This document shows positions 8,666-18,576 of a stretch of 64,000 nt of DNA, one piece after another. Made by a program: the position numbers and the translations under genes. This stretch comes from Minisyncoccia bacterium (GTDB lineage Bacteria > Patescibacteriota > Minisyncoccia > SW-4-49-11), in NCBI GenBank assembly GCA_044356725.1, contig JBIKVS010000001.1:36873-100872 (forward strand), given 5' to 3'. A model generated the notes under the pieces. It did not search any database. It saw only the letters and a program-made list of their open reading frames with translations, and was not told the DNA's origin. Numbering within the stretch: position 1 is the stretch's first letter; every line of letters begins with the position of its first letter.

Positions 8666-10309
8666 CTATTGTAATGGGTTAGAAGTCACTTTGTTTGGTG
8701 GGCGATAGGTAGAGTAAAAGGCATCTCTTTTTATCATCACATCTCCTTCATATATTTCACGATAAGCTACTGTTTTCATTGAACCATCTGGACTGGATTC
8801 TAAGACAACAGGCTCAATTGTTTTAGCGGTACGACCAGTGGAGGTACCATAAATTTCATAATATAGAATTGTCCCTACAATATAATGTTGAATTAAGATA
8901 TGATGATTAGTGTCATTTTGAAATCTAAAGTCTGGCTTTGGTAGGTAAATTGTAGCATCAAGTCCTGGTTTTCCATAATAATCAACTACATAAGAGTGGG
9001 CTCTTCGCTCAGTAATTGGGAGTCCCGCATTCAGAGCAGCTCTAAATAGGGTAGTGGATACTTGGCAAATTCCTCCTCCATATTCAGGTATGGTTTTATT
9101 TCCTTTAATTACTAATTCTGGTAAATATCCATTACGAGCATCTACTTTACCCAAAGTATTTACAAAAGAAAACTCCTCTCCTGGTTTCAATAAAGTACTT
9201 GAGATTTTATTAGCAGCTACATTTATATTCTTAATTCTACTTCTACTTGATCCTCTAAAGTTAGACTCTCCTTTTCCTAATAAAGTTTTCACTCCTAGAG
9301 CGTCAAATTGTGACTCATCAATCAGAGGTGAGGTGACTGCTACAAATAATTCTGTCTTAGTTTCTCCTTCTAAAATATCATTTCTAATTCTCTTAGAGCT
9401 TTCTTCCATCATCAACTTAGTTCCTTCTTTGCCTGGTTCTAAAATTTGAATCTGTTGGGTTTCAGGGTCAAATCTTAATTTGGCATTAACTGGTTGGCTG
9501 GTCAAAGTTTTTTGTACTGATTCTAAATACTCTTTGATGATGTCTTGTGAGATATCAATCTTTTTGGTAGCCTGATCAATGGTAATCCAGGTGATGATTT
9601 CTTCAGGAGCAATTTTTATAATTGTATCATTAAAAAATATAATATGCTCTCTTATCATAGAGTCAAGTTCACTCTTTTGAGATTCCCAAGAAGCTGTTGT
9701 AATAGCAGGAATTTCTTTATTAAGTGGAATTTCTAATCTAATTTCATCTTTATCTAATTGGGAAGCAATAGCAGGAGCTATTTTTTCTATATTTAAACTT
9801 TCTCCAGCTTGTTCTGGAATTATTATAATTTGGCTATCTTCATAATCTAGTTTGGAGTCCGTAAGAGTTTTGAGGGCTGGATTTACTTTAGCCCCAAGTG
9901 AGGATTCCAAGAATTCATTATCACTTGTATATAGCCAGGTCACATTAGTTTCTTCAAATAACTGGCTTAAACTAGCTAGAATATTGTTTTTTCTTTTTAC
10001 TCTATAAGCTTGCACTAAAGTCTCATCAGTATTTAGTTTGATACCTAGTTCCTCTAATGTAGTGGGATATTCTTGCTCTCCGTAGGTTAAAATAATATTT
10101 TTAGTGCTCAGCTCTTTGTTTTTTTCATCTAATATGTCAAAAGCTTCTTTTAAATTTTTAGAGCCAATATCTATACCTTGTACAGATATCTGTGGATAAA
10201 CAGAGTCACGATAAGCATAAGCAACGCCACCAAGGGTAATAGCTAGTATCACTAGTATAGAGCCTAGTATTATAAATGGTAATTTAACTTTTTTCCAAAA
10301 TGATTGCAT
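8666..10309 (-). CDS. VanW family protein with peptidoglycan-binding region
   Basis: N-terminal TM; GGGICQVSTTLF, ERRAHSY, GLDATIY. Confidence 0.88.
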   Translation of the reverse strand: MQSFWKKVKLPFIILGSILVILAITLGGVAYAYRDSVYPQISVQGIDIGSKNLKEAFDILDEKNKELSTKNIILTYGEQEYPTTLEELGIKLNTDETLVQAYRVKRKNNILASLSQLFEETNVTWLYTSDNEFLESSLGAKVNPALKTLTDSKLDYEDSQIIIIPEQAGESLNIEKIAPAIASQLDKDEIRLEIPLNKEIPAITTASWESQKSELDSMIREHIIFFNDTIIKIAPEEIITWITIDQATKKIDISQDIIKEYLESVQKTLTSQPVNAKLRFDPETQQIQILEPGKEGTKLMMEESSKRIRNDILEGETKTELFVAVTSPLIDESQFDALGVKTLLGKGESNFRGSSRSRIKNINVAANKISSTLLKPGEEFSFVNTLGKVDARNGYLPELVIKGNKTIPEYGGGICQVSTTLFRAALNAGLPITERRAHSYVVDYYGKPGLDATIYLPKPDFRFQNDTNHHILIQHYIVGTILYYEIYGTSTGRTAKTIEPVVLESSPDGSMKTVAYREIYEGDVMIKRDAFYSTYRPPNKVTSNPLQ

Positions 10310-10357
10310 ATATAATAAATTCTTCCTAATATAGTTTACTACAGCTTAATTATATTA

Positions 10358-11359
10358 TCAAATAGATTTGCCTCTTAATTGCCGAAATATCTTATATAAA
10401 TTGAAAATAAATTTTTGATGAATATAAATTTGGCTATTTGGGTAATCAATAGTTTTGCCTCCAAACTGTTTCTTGAATCTGGAAATTCCTTGCCAAGATT
10501 TTTTGGTATTAGATATTCCCCAAAAGTCATAAATTTTCTTACCTAGTTTTTTTGCTTCCAAAATAGATTCCCATTGTAATAGAGGAGGAGCCATTAGATT
10601 TCTGAACTGATTACTGGAAGCTCCGTGTAGATAAACTCTTTGGTCTAATGTATCTAGAATAATATTGGTAGCTAAAACTTTCTCTTCGTGCTCGGCTATA
10701 ATTAAGGATACTTTGAGTTCTGTGGTACTATACTTTAACAAATGTTTATAATGTGCTTTTGGATGGACGGCAAATTTGCCCCTTTGACTAGTTTCCTGTA
10801 TCAAATCAAAGAATATATCAAAGTATTTATTAAATTCAGGATCATTGACAGATATATTTTTAATTGCAATTCCTTTTTTTTGAGCTAATCTAATATTATA
10901 TCTCATTTTGGAGTGCATATTTTTTAGTAAGTCTTCTTCTGATAAAGTAAGGTCTAAAATTTGAGTCTGATGTGGTAATCTCTCTATAATGCTTTTCTCA
11001 GTATATTTATCAAAAACCTTAGAATAATTATTAAATATATCTTCAGTTGGCTCAAACAAACTAAAAATGGCAGTATGTTTCTGAGCTATTTCTTGGACAT
11101 TATCCCAAAACTCTTGAATTTGACTTTTTGAGATATTATCTGAATAGATAATAGGACCTCTTGGGATATATAGCTGGGTATATTGTGAAATTAATTTATA
11201 AACATAAATTTGGGCAAAGATTATTATATTATCGTTTGTATCTTTTATAATAATTCTCTCTAAATTTATATAATCCTTACTGATTAACTCTGCCCAATCT
11301 AAGAGTTGATAGTACTCAGGTATATTCTCTGGAGATTTTTGATTAGGAGCTATTATCAT
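10358..11359 (-). CDS. FemABX-family peptidoglycan bridge peptidyltransferase
   Basis: YIPRGP, KMRYNIRLAQKKG, YDFWG, GISRFKKQFGG. Confidence 0.9.
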   Translation of the reverse strand: MIIAPNQKSPENIPEYYQLLDWAELISKDYINLERIIIKDTNDNIIIFAQIYVYKLISQYTQLYIPRGPIIYSDNISKSQIQEFWDNVQEIAQKHTAIFSLFEPTEDIFNNYSKVFDKYTEKSIIERLPHQTQILDLTLSEEDLLKNMHSKMRYNIRLAQKKGIAIKNISVNDPEFNKYFDIFFDLIQETSQRGKFAVHPKAHYKHLLKYSTTELKVSLIIAEHEEKVLATNIILDTLDQRVYLHGASSNQFRNLMAPPLLQWESILEAKKLGKKIYDFWGISNTKKSWQGISRFKKQFGGKTIDYPNSQIYIHQKFIFNLYKIFRQLRGKSI

Positions 11360-12315
11360 ATTAGCTGAGGTTCTAATGTTGTGGCTATGTCAATAATTTC
11401 TTCCATAGGACTTAATCCATTCACAGATCCTATTTCTCTTAAAACGGAAGATGACTGTACAATACCCCATTTTAAAGCTTGTGATATATCATTAGACTGA
11501 ATAAAAGAAGCTAAAAATCCAGCTGCAAAGGCGTCTCCAGCTCCAGTAGTTTCTTTTTTTTCAACCATTCGGGCTGGCAAGTAAAAAATATTAGTATTGT
11601 CACTGACATAAGCTCCATTATTGCCATCAGTTAATCCAATAATTTTTACTCCCATATTATGCAATGCCTGAATCAGGTTAGGGATATGTTCATCAGAAGA
11701 ATTCAATATATGCTGAGCTTCTTCTTTATTTATAAACATTACATTAGTTTTTGGTAAAACTTGATGAATGAAATTCATATTATGTTTGAGTAAATATGAT
11801 CCTGGATTAAAGGCGATTTGATGAGGATAATTTTGAGTCAATAATTGCTCTAATAACTGTTCACTACCTTTACTTAGAGATGTAATATATAGCCACTCAG
11901 TTTGTGGAATGTCTAAATTAGCATAATCTTTATCTTTATGATGAGATAACACAACTCTTTCTCCATTGATTGAAAGAATAGTAGATTGATTAATTCCAGA
12001 TTTATCATTAGGAATAATATGTTCAGTATTTAAATTAATATCTCTAAGGGCTTCTAGTACATATTTAGATATATCATCTGTTCCTACTGAAGCTATAAGA
12101 GCAGTATTAATTCCTAATAAACTAAGTCCATAAGTTAAATTATAAGCATTGCCACCTATATATTCATGCATTTCGGAGATTGGTATTTTGTGTCCAATTT
12201 CCAAATTAACTACAAAATTACCAGGATTTATATCAGATGGATTGATGTCAAGCGGAGGTAATACTAAAAACCTATCTAAGGTTATATCTCCAATCACAGC
12301 ACATTGATAAGACAT
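11356..12315 (-). CDS. PfkB family carbohydrate kinase
   Basis: GGNAYN, FNPG, ETTGAGDAFAAGF. Confidence 0.92.
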   Translation of the reverse strand: MSYQCAVIGDITLDRFLVLPPLDINPSDINPGNFVVNLEIGHKIPISEMHEYIGGNAYNLTYGLSLLGINTALIASVGTDDISKYVLEALRDINLNTEHIIPNDKSGINQSTILSINGERVVLSHHKDKDYANLDIPQTEWLYITSLSKGSEQLLEQLLTQNYPHQIAFNPGSYLLKHNMNFIHQVLPKTNVMFINKEEAQHILNSSDEHIPNLIQALHNMGVKIIGLTDGNNGAYVSDNTNIFYLPARMVEKKETTGAGDAFAAGFLASFIQSNDISQALKWGIVQSSSVLREIGSVNGLSPMEEIIDIATTLEPQLI

Positions 12316-12320
12316 ATTAA

Positions 12321-12755
12321 TTATGGGTTAATATTAATAATTCTTTCATTTGAGTTAATAACTTCAAACTCTATTTTGGTATGCGGAATATTTTCCCATA
12401 GTTTTGGGGTTTTGCTAGCCCATTCAATTAATAAAATATTTTTGGGATTTTGAATCATATCCATAATACCTAAATCTAAGACTTCCCAGTCTTGATTCAA
12501 TCTATATAAATCAAGATGATAGATTTTATAGTTAGAATCGGGGATAGAATAAGGTTTCATAATGACAAAAGTAGGGCTTGTGACAGGTTTATCTACTCCA
12601 AAGTTAGCTAAAAACCCTTGACTAAAAGTTGTTTTACCTCCACCAAGTTCACCTTCTAGTAATACTACATTAGATCTTTTATTAGCTATAATATCCTGAG
12701 CTAAATCTCTCGCAATATTTTGGGTTTCCTCCACAGATTTTGAAATTATTTTCAT
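12321..12755 (-). CDS. tsaE: tRNA t6A biosynthesis ATPase TsaE
   Basis: LEGELGGGKTTF, VTSPTF, HLDLYRL, IEW. Confidence 0.95.
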   Translation of the reverse strand: MKIISKSVEETQNIARDLAQDIIANKRSNVVLLEGELGGGKTTFSQGFLANFGVDKPVTSPTFVIMKPYSIPDSNYKIYHLDLYRLNQDWEVLDLGIMDMIQNPKNILLIEWASKTPKLWENIPHTKIEFEVINSNERIININP

Positions 12756-12759
12756 ATTT

Positions 12760-15759
12760 TTATAATACTTTTAACCCCAATACTCTTTCTAATTCTGCAA
12801 AATCAGTGGTATGGTCTAATACCTTTAGAATACCAGAAACTTCTAGAGTTGTCATCCCTTCCTCAATAGCTAGGCTCTTGATATTAGCAGTTGAGGCCTT
12901 AGATATAATGATCTCTTTGATTTTAGGTGTCAGTACCAATACCTCGAATATAGCAGTGATGCCATTATATCCATTTGGATGCTCTGGGCTAGAATTAGAC
13001 TCGAGAATTGTATCAGGTATTATGCTATGATATCTCTCTGGTAATTTAGATTTGATTATATCTTTCTGTTCATCAGAAAGTTTAACAGAGGTTGCATTAG
13101 TGGGGTCTATTTTTCTTACAATTCTTTGAGCAATAGTCACATTTACAAAAGTAGCTATCTCAGATAATCCAACTCCTAAGTCATATAATCTTAAAATAGC
13201 CGAAGCCGCATCATTGGTATGTAGGGTTGATAATAGTAAATGTCCAGTAGCTGCTGTCTGCATCGCTACCTTAGCAGTCTCTCCATCTCTTATCTCGCCA
13301 ATTAAGACAATATTAGGGTTTTGTCTTAATAAAGCTCGAATAGCATTAGGAAAACTATACCCAGTCTCTTCATTGATACTGGTCTGTAAAATTCCAGATA
13401 ATTTGTATTCAATTGGATCTTCTATAGTGATAATTTTGACTCCAGGTTGATTGAGGGTATTAAGAGTCGCATAAAGAGTAGTAGACTTACCTGCACTAGT
13501 AGGTCCAGTTACCAAAATGAGTCCAGTAGTTGCCTGTAATTGTTCCTGCAAAAGATTAATATTATACTCATCCATCCCAAGATCTTGTAATTTGAGCTTA
13601 GCAATGTCCGATCGTAATATTCTCAGCACAATAGTTTGCCCATAACCTCCAGGGATAATCGACACTCTAACATCAAAGTTTTTATCCGCAAAAATAGTAA
13701 ATCTACCTTCTTGAATTTTATTTGCAATATCTAAAGGTAGCCCAGAAAAAATTTTAATTTGAGTTAAAATTTGAGGATAAAGTGACTTCGGAACACGAGC
13801 TTCTTCATATAATACTCCATCAATTCTAAATCTAATTATAAGATCAGACATATCTGGCTCGAGATGAATGTCCGTAGCTCTTTTAATCAATGCAGTGTTA
13901 GTAATAGCTGTTAATTGGTCATTGATAGACATAGATTCAGATATATGTGCAATTTCGGGTAGAAAATCACCAGATTGCTTGATATGAATTCCTCGAGATA
14001 AGGCAGAAGTCAAAGTAGCCTCATAAATTTCATCTATATAGGATATATCTCCCGCTACAGATAAAACTTCTTCAAGAGAAGTCTCTCCATTTACTGCATG
14101 CAATACTCCGTCTTGAAACAGAGTCACCATACCATTTTCAACAGCTTTTCTAAATATTTTAAACTCTGGTATATTATTGACAATTAAGTCTTTGATATTA
14201 TCTCTAGTTTCGAATAATTCATATAGAGCAAATCTACCTTTATATCCAAGTCCATAACATTTAGCACAGCCTTTAGGTCGATATAATCTGTTAATTTCTT
14301 GGGGAATGGTTAAATTAGATTTAGGTGAAATTATAGCCAAAGCTTTTTTAATGAGATCCAACTCCTTTTCTTCTGGAATATATTCTTCTTTACAATCACA
14401 AAGTTTTCTTACTAGTCTTTGAGCCACAAAAAGATTCATCGCTGAGATTATTAGCTGAGGGCTAGAACCAAATTCTTTTAGTCTAGTTACTATACCAACA
14501 GAATCATTAGTATGAATAGTAGAGAATACTAAATGTCCGGTAATGGCAGCGTTTACAGATATACTAGCAGTCTCATTATCTCGAATTTCTCCAACCATAA
14601 TCACATCAGGATCTTGTCTTACAATCGCCTTTAATCCGTTAGCAAAAGTGTATCCTTTTTTAGTGTCTACTTGAGTCTGATTTATATTTTGCAACCTATA
14701 TTCAATAGGGTCTTCAATAGTAATAATATTAGTCTCAGAGCGATTTACATAATTCAAAAAAGAATAAAGACTAGTAGTTTTACCCGAACCAGTTGGACCA
14801 GATAACATAATCATTCCTTGAGGTTTGTCTAGATTCCTTACAATAATATCCAAAAAAGCCTCTCTAATGCCAAAACTATAAATATCCAAATTATGAATCT
14901 CTGTATTAAGTAATCTCATCACAATAATTTCCCCGGTCTTACTAGGCAGAATTGATACCCTTACATCAATAGATTGTTTTATATTCCCATTATTTTCTTT
15001 GATAACAATACTAAATCTACCATCTTGAGCAGTAGTTTTAATATTCAAAACAAGAGAAGCTAAATTTTTGATCCTTGAAATGAGTAATTTATACATTTCA
15101 TTATCAAAATTCAAAATATCTTGCAAAACTCCATCTATACGATATCTAAGACGTGTAATATCTCCTTTTGGCTCAATATGTATATCACTAGCAAAAGCTG
15201 TTATAGCCCCAGCACAAATTATTTGAATCAATTCAGAGGTATCCATAGCATCAATTTTGCGAGCGAAATCTTCCAAAGACACAATACCTTCTTTGAATTC
15301 TTGTAACATTGTAATTGGCACTATTAACCTATCCTTCACCACTTCACTTCTTTCCTGTAGAAAGTCATAAGCTGCATAACCTTTTTCTAAACTATATTTT
15401 GATATTATATATAAATCTAATTCATAATTACTTTGATAGAGTTTTTGCAATATAGTTTTAGCGATTGGATTGTCTAAATCTTTTAGAGCCACTTTAAGAT
15501 TTAGTCCAGATCTTTGAAAAATTATCATTTGGGCTTTTTTAGACTGTTCCTTAGTTAGTATTTTTAAAGCGTCTTGGTTTATTGGAATAAATTGCAGGTT
15601 TAAATAAGCCATACCAAGACTATCTGCCAATTTTTGAGTGTTACTCTCTTCTTCTTTTTTACGAATAGTAGATAAATTCATATCTATCGCATTATTAGAA
15701 TGCAATTTGTCTCGAAAGCTTGGACGATAAGATTTTTTTTGTTTTAATATTGAACTCAT
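12760..15759 (-). CDS. PilB/GspE-family ATPase with two tandem ATPase modules
   Basis: ASDIHIEP/GPTGSGKTT/EDPIEY/RQDPD/GHLVFSTIH, then ATDIHLEP/GPTSAGKST/EDPIEY/RQNPN/GHLLLSTLH. Confidence 0.92.
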   Translation of the reverse strand: MSSILKQKKSYRPSFRDKLHSNNAIDMNLSTIRKKEEESNTQKLADSLGMAYLNLQFIPINQDALKILTKEQSKKAQMIIFQRSGLNLKVALKDLDNPIAKTILQKLYQSNYELDLYIISKYSLEKGYAAYDFLQERSEVVKDRLIVPITMLQEFKEGIVSLEDFARKIDAMDTSELIQIICAGAITAFASDIHIEPKGDITRLRYRIDGVLQDILNFDNEMYKLLISRIKNLASLVLNIKTTAQDGRFSIVIKENNGNIKQSIDVRVSILPSKTGEIIVMRLLNTEIHNLDIYSFGIREAFLDIIVRNLDKPQGMIMLSGPTGSGKTTSLYSFLNYVNRSETNIITIEDPIEYRLQNINQTQVDTKKGYTFANGLKAIVRQDPDVIMVGEIRDNETASISVNAAITGHLVFSTIHTNDSVGIVTRLKEFGSSPQLIISAMNLFVAQRLVRKLCDCKEEYIPEEKELDLIKKALAIISPKSNLTIPQEINRLYRPKGCAKCYGLGYKGRFALYELFETRDNIKDLIVNNIPEFKIFRKAVENGMVTLFQDGVLHAVNGETSLEEVLSVAGDISYIDEIYEATLTSALSRGIHIKQSGDFLPEIAHISESMSINDQLTAITNTALIKRATDIHLEPDMSDLIIRFRIDGVLYEEARVPKSLYPQILTQIKIFSGLPLDIANKIQEGRFTIFADKNFDVRVSIIPGGYGQTIVLRILRSDIAKLKLQDLGMDEYNINLLQEQLQATTGLILVTGPTSAGKSTTLYATLNTLNQPGVKIITIEDPIEYKLSGILQTSINEETGYSFPNAIRALLRQNPNIVLIGEIRDGETAKVAMQTAATGHLLLSTLHTNDAASAILRLYDLGVGLSEIATFVNVTIAQRIVRKIDPTNATSVKLSDEQKDIIKSKLPERYHSIIPDTILESNSSPEHPNGYNGITAIFEVLVLTPKIKEIIISKASTANIKSLAIEEGMTTLEVSGILKVLDHTTDFAELERVLGLKVL

Positions 15760-15920
15760 AATATGTAGTGTATATTATATATTATATCATAAAATACTAA
15801 AAACAGCAAATGCATTTTTAAGATTTCCTTATCCCACACATAAATTTGTCAAAAAAAGTAGAATATAGCATAATATATTAGTTGTATAAAGTAAAAATAA
15901 TAAATATGAATGGCTCAAAT

Positions 15921-17300
15921 ATGAAAAAACAGAGTAAAGGTTTTACACTCCTAGAAATACTTTTAACTATAATGCTAATTGGGATATTAGCAACAATAGT
16001 ACTTGTAGCAATAAATCCTAATAAACAGATCTCACAATCAAGAAATCTTGTTAGAAAGGCAGATATAAATAGTATATATAATGCTTTGCAGCAATACAAC
16101 GCTGTTAATAGAGGGGTTTCAAATTTCAATATATCCAATAATTATACTGAGATATGTGATACAGGAAGTCTTACTACAGAAGATAGTCTGCCAAGTACAA
16201 ACTATTGTGATGGTAAAATTGACTTAAGAGCATTAGTTCCTACGTATTTAATTGAAATTCCAAAAGATACTGATACTTCATTAGGTGGTACCGGATATGA
16301 ACTAGCAAAGGATTCTAATAATCAGACTAGCTTAAGGTCTAATAAAGAAGAGCTGTCTCAGATTGTAGCAATAAATCCACTGCCAACCCCCGAAGAATTA
16401 ATTCAAGCTCAGATAGCGGCAGGGACATTAATACCAACAGGGACACAACAATTAGTCTTAGATAGATTAGTATATAAGAACAATGCAGGAACTCAGACAT
16501 ATATAGATAAGTCCACAACTACAAGAACCTGTCCAGCTAATTATATTCCAGTCCCAGGGAATAGTATGTATGGAACTAGTGACTTTTGTGTAATGAAGTA
16601 CGAAGCTAAAACAGGGTCCGCCACAGTTTCAGCCACAACACAAACAGCAGGAAACCCACAAGTAAATATAACTCAACCAAATGCCATCACAGCCTGTAGT
16701 TTAAACGGAGCAGGATATGGACTAATCAATAATAATGAATGGATGACCATAGCCAGGAATATAGAAGGACAAGGAGTCAACTGGACAGGAGGAGCAGTAG
16801 GCAGTGGAGGTTTATGGCGAGGACATAGTGATGGAAGTCCAAATAATGTATTAGCAGCAAGTACAGATGACAATGATCCATACTTTGGAACAGGAAACAC
16901 CAGTCCAAGCATAGAGAGAAGAACCCATACCTTAAGTAATGGAGGAGTAATCTGGGACTTAAGTGGGAATGTCTGGGAATTTACCAATAATACCATATTA
17001 GGAAAAGACCAACCAACAGGAACTACTCCAGGATTTAATTGGAGACAATATACAGCAATAACTAATTATGGAACTTTAAGTTATGACCTAACCCACCCAA
17101 GTAATACTAGATGGAACAGTAGTCAGAATATGGGACAAATATACAGTGATGGAACAAGTACTAACAATACAACTTTCGCCTTCATCCGCGGTGGTGATTG
17201 GGATGGTGCTGATACTACTGCAGGAGTATTTACTCTTCGCCTTCATCTTACTCCCGCCTCTACGTTTACTAGTATTGGCTTCCGCTGCGTTCTGCGCTGA
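15921..17300 (+). CDS. type IV pilin fused to FGE-sulfatase/C-type lectin domain; candidate DGR target
   Basis: KG/FTLLE prepilin site; FCVMKYEA, WDLSGNVWE, RGGDW, IGFRC; alternative ATG at 15906. Confidence 0.88.
   Translation: MKKQSKGFTLLEILLTIMLIGILATIVLVAINPNKQISQSRNLVRKADINSIYNALQQYNAVNRGVSNFNISNNYTEICDTGSLTTEDSLPSTNYCDGKIDLRALVPTYLIEIPKDTDTSLGGTGYELAKDSNNQTSLRSNKEELSQIVAINPLPTPEELIQAQIAAGTLIPTGTQQLVLDRLVYKNNAGTQTYIDKSTTTRTCPANYIPVPGNSMYGTSDFCVMKYEAKTGSATVSATTQTAGNPQVNITQPNAITACSLNGAGYGLINNNEWMTIARNIEGQGVNWTGGAVGSGGLWRGHSDGSPNNVLAASTDDNDPYFGTGNTSPSIERRTHTLSNGGVIWDLSGNVWEFTNNTILGKDQPTGTTPGFNWRQYTAITNYGTLSYDLTHPSNTRWNSSQNMGQIYSDGTSTNNTTFAFIRGGDWDGADTTAGVFTLRLHLTPASTFTSIGFRCVLR
17175..17300 (+). 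other. putative DGR variable region (VR)
   Basis: Abrupt A depletion (17 A in 17176-17300); NNT/NNC codons between RGG and IGFRC. Confidence 0.65.
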
Positions 17301-17306
17301 GGGGCA

Positions 17307-17347
17307 ACTGGCTCCTCTGCCTAAGTTAGACAACTCTGGGAGCCAGT
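17307..17347. other. GC-rich hairpin 6 nt after the pilin stop codon
   Basis: ACTGGCTCC ... GGAGCCAGT 9-bp stem; loop contains a 19-nt insert-like sequence. Confidence 0.7.
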
Positions 17348-17365
17348 GAGCTCAGTAATTCGTCA

Positions 17366-17428
17366 TTCGTAGAGTCGGCGCCCCCGCCGACATTTACATT
17401 TCGTAGGGGCGACCTGCCAGTCGCCTGC
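17366..17428 (+). repeat. REP cluster 2 (class A and class B in tandem)
   Basis: TCGTAGAGTCGGCGCCCCCGCCGACAT and TCGTAGGGGCGACCTGCCAGTCGCCTG. Confidence 0.88.
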
Positions 17429-17505
17429 ACTTCTTACCACACCTACCCAAATTAGAACAGAACTACAATTTATATTTTTCTAAATCTATGGTATAATAAT
17501 TTTAT

Positions 17506-18576
17506 ATGAGATATATCAAAGATTATAAAAACCTATTAAAGGGTAAGCGAGTTTTAGTTAGAATTGATGTCAATGAACCTGTAGACGCACAGGGTTATCC
17601 TCAAGATACTTTTCGTATACAAAGATCTCTAGAGACTATTAATTTCCTAAGAGAGGCGGGGGCTAAGATTGTTCTGATAGCTCACTTAGGAGATCCACAA
17701 GAAAAAGGGCGAGAAAGTTTGTCTTTAGAGCCAATTTCTAAAGTACTGGGAGAACTTGGTGAATTTGGGGTTAAGTTTATGTCTGAGAATGTTGATAGCA
17801 TAGATATGAATATAGTCAATAATTTGGCAAATGGAGAGGTTGTCCTTTTAGAAAATCTTAGATTTGATTCTAGAGAAGAAGAGAATAGTCTTGAATTTGC
17901 TCAAAAACTAGCTCAATTTGGGGATTTATATGTGAGTGATGCTTTTTCAGTGATGCATCGTCAACATAGCTCAGTAGTAGCTATTACAGAGATTTTGCCA
18001 TCCTTTGGTGGGATAGTTTTGGAACAGGAGTTAGATGCTTTGAATCATATATTAGATAATCCAGCTAAGCCAGCAGTAGCTATTATTGGTGGGGCAAAAA
18101 TAGCTACTAAATTACCAGTTATCCAGACTTTAGAGTCAATTTTTGATTATATTCTTGTTGGAGGTAAAATTGCTAATGAATATATTGATGAATATGGTGT
18201 AGCTCAAAGTGAGAAAATTCTTTTGCCTGTAGATTTTGTTGAGACAGAGCGTTATGATATTGGACCTAAAACTATAGAACTATTTGCTGATTATATCTCT
18301 CAAGCCTCGACTGTTATTTGGAACGGCCCAATGGGTTGGTTTGAGAAAAAACCTTATGATGAAGGTACAAGATATATAGCTCAATCTATTGCTAAAAATG
18401 AATCTAGTTACTCAGTTATAGGTGGCGGGGAGACTGTAGATGAGGTTCATAATTTACATCAAGAGTCTAAAATAGATTTTATTTCTACTGGTGGTGGAGC
18501 TATGTTAGAATATATAGCAACTCGAGGGCAGTTGCCTGGTGTTATTGCTTTGCAAAATAATATATTAGAAATATGA
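17506..18576 (+). CDS. pgk: phosphoglycerate kinase
   Basis: RIDVNEP, AHLG, LLENLRF, GGAK, WNGPMG, STGGGA. Confidence 0.96.
   Translation: MRYIKDYKNLLKGKRVLVRIDVNEPVDAQGYPQDTFRIQRSLETINFLREAGAKIVLIAHLGDPQEKGRESLSLEPISKVLGELGEFGVKFMSENVDSIDMNIVNNLANGEVVLLENLRFDSREEENSLEFAQKLAQFGDLYVSDAFSVMHRQHSSVVAITEILPSFGGIVLEQELDALNHILDNPAKPAVAIIGGAKIATKLPVIQTLESIFDYILVGGKIANEYIDEYGVAQSEKILLPVDFVETERYDIGPKTIELFADYISQASTVIWNGPMGWFEKKPYDEGTRYIAQSIAKNESSYSVIGGGETVDEVHNLHQESKIDFISTGGGAMLEYIATRGQLPGVIALQNNILEI

Noticed and set aside
15878-16138. Similar antisense ORFs at 15878-16138 and 52310-52573
   Set aside because: Shadows of the two homologous prepilin N-termini.
17088-17349. Alternative-frame ORFs over the pilin 3' end
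   Set aside because: A by-product of the A-poor, stop-poor VR-like segment.
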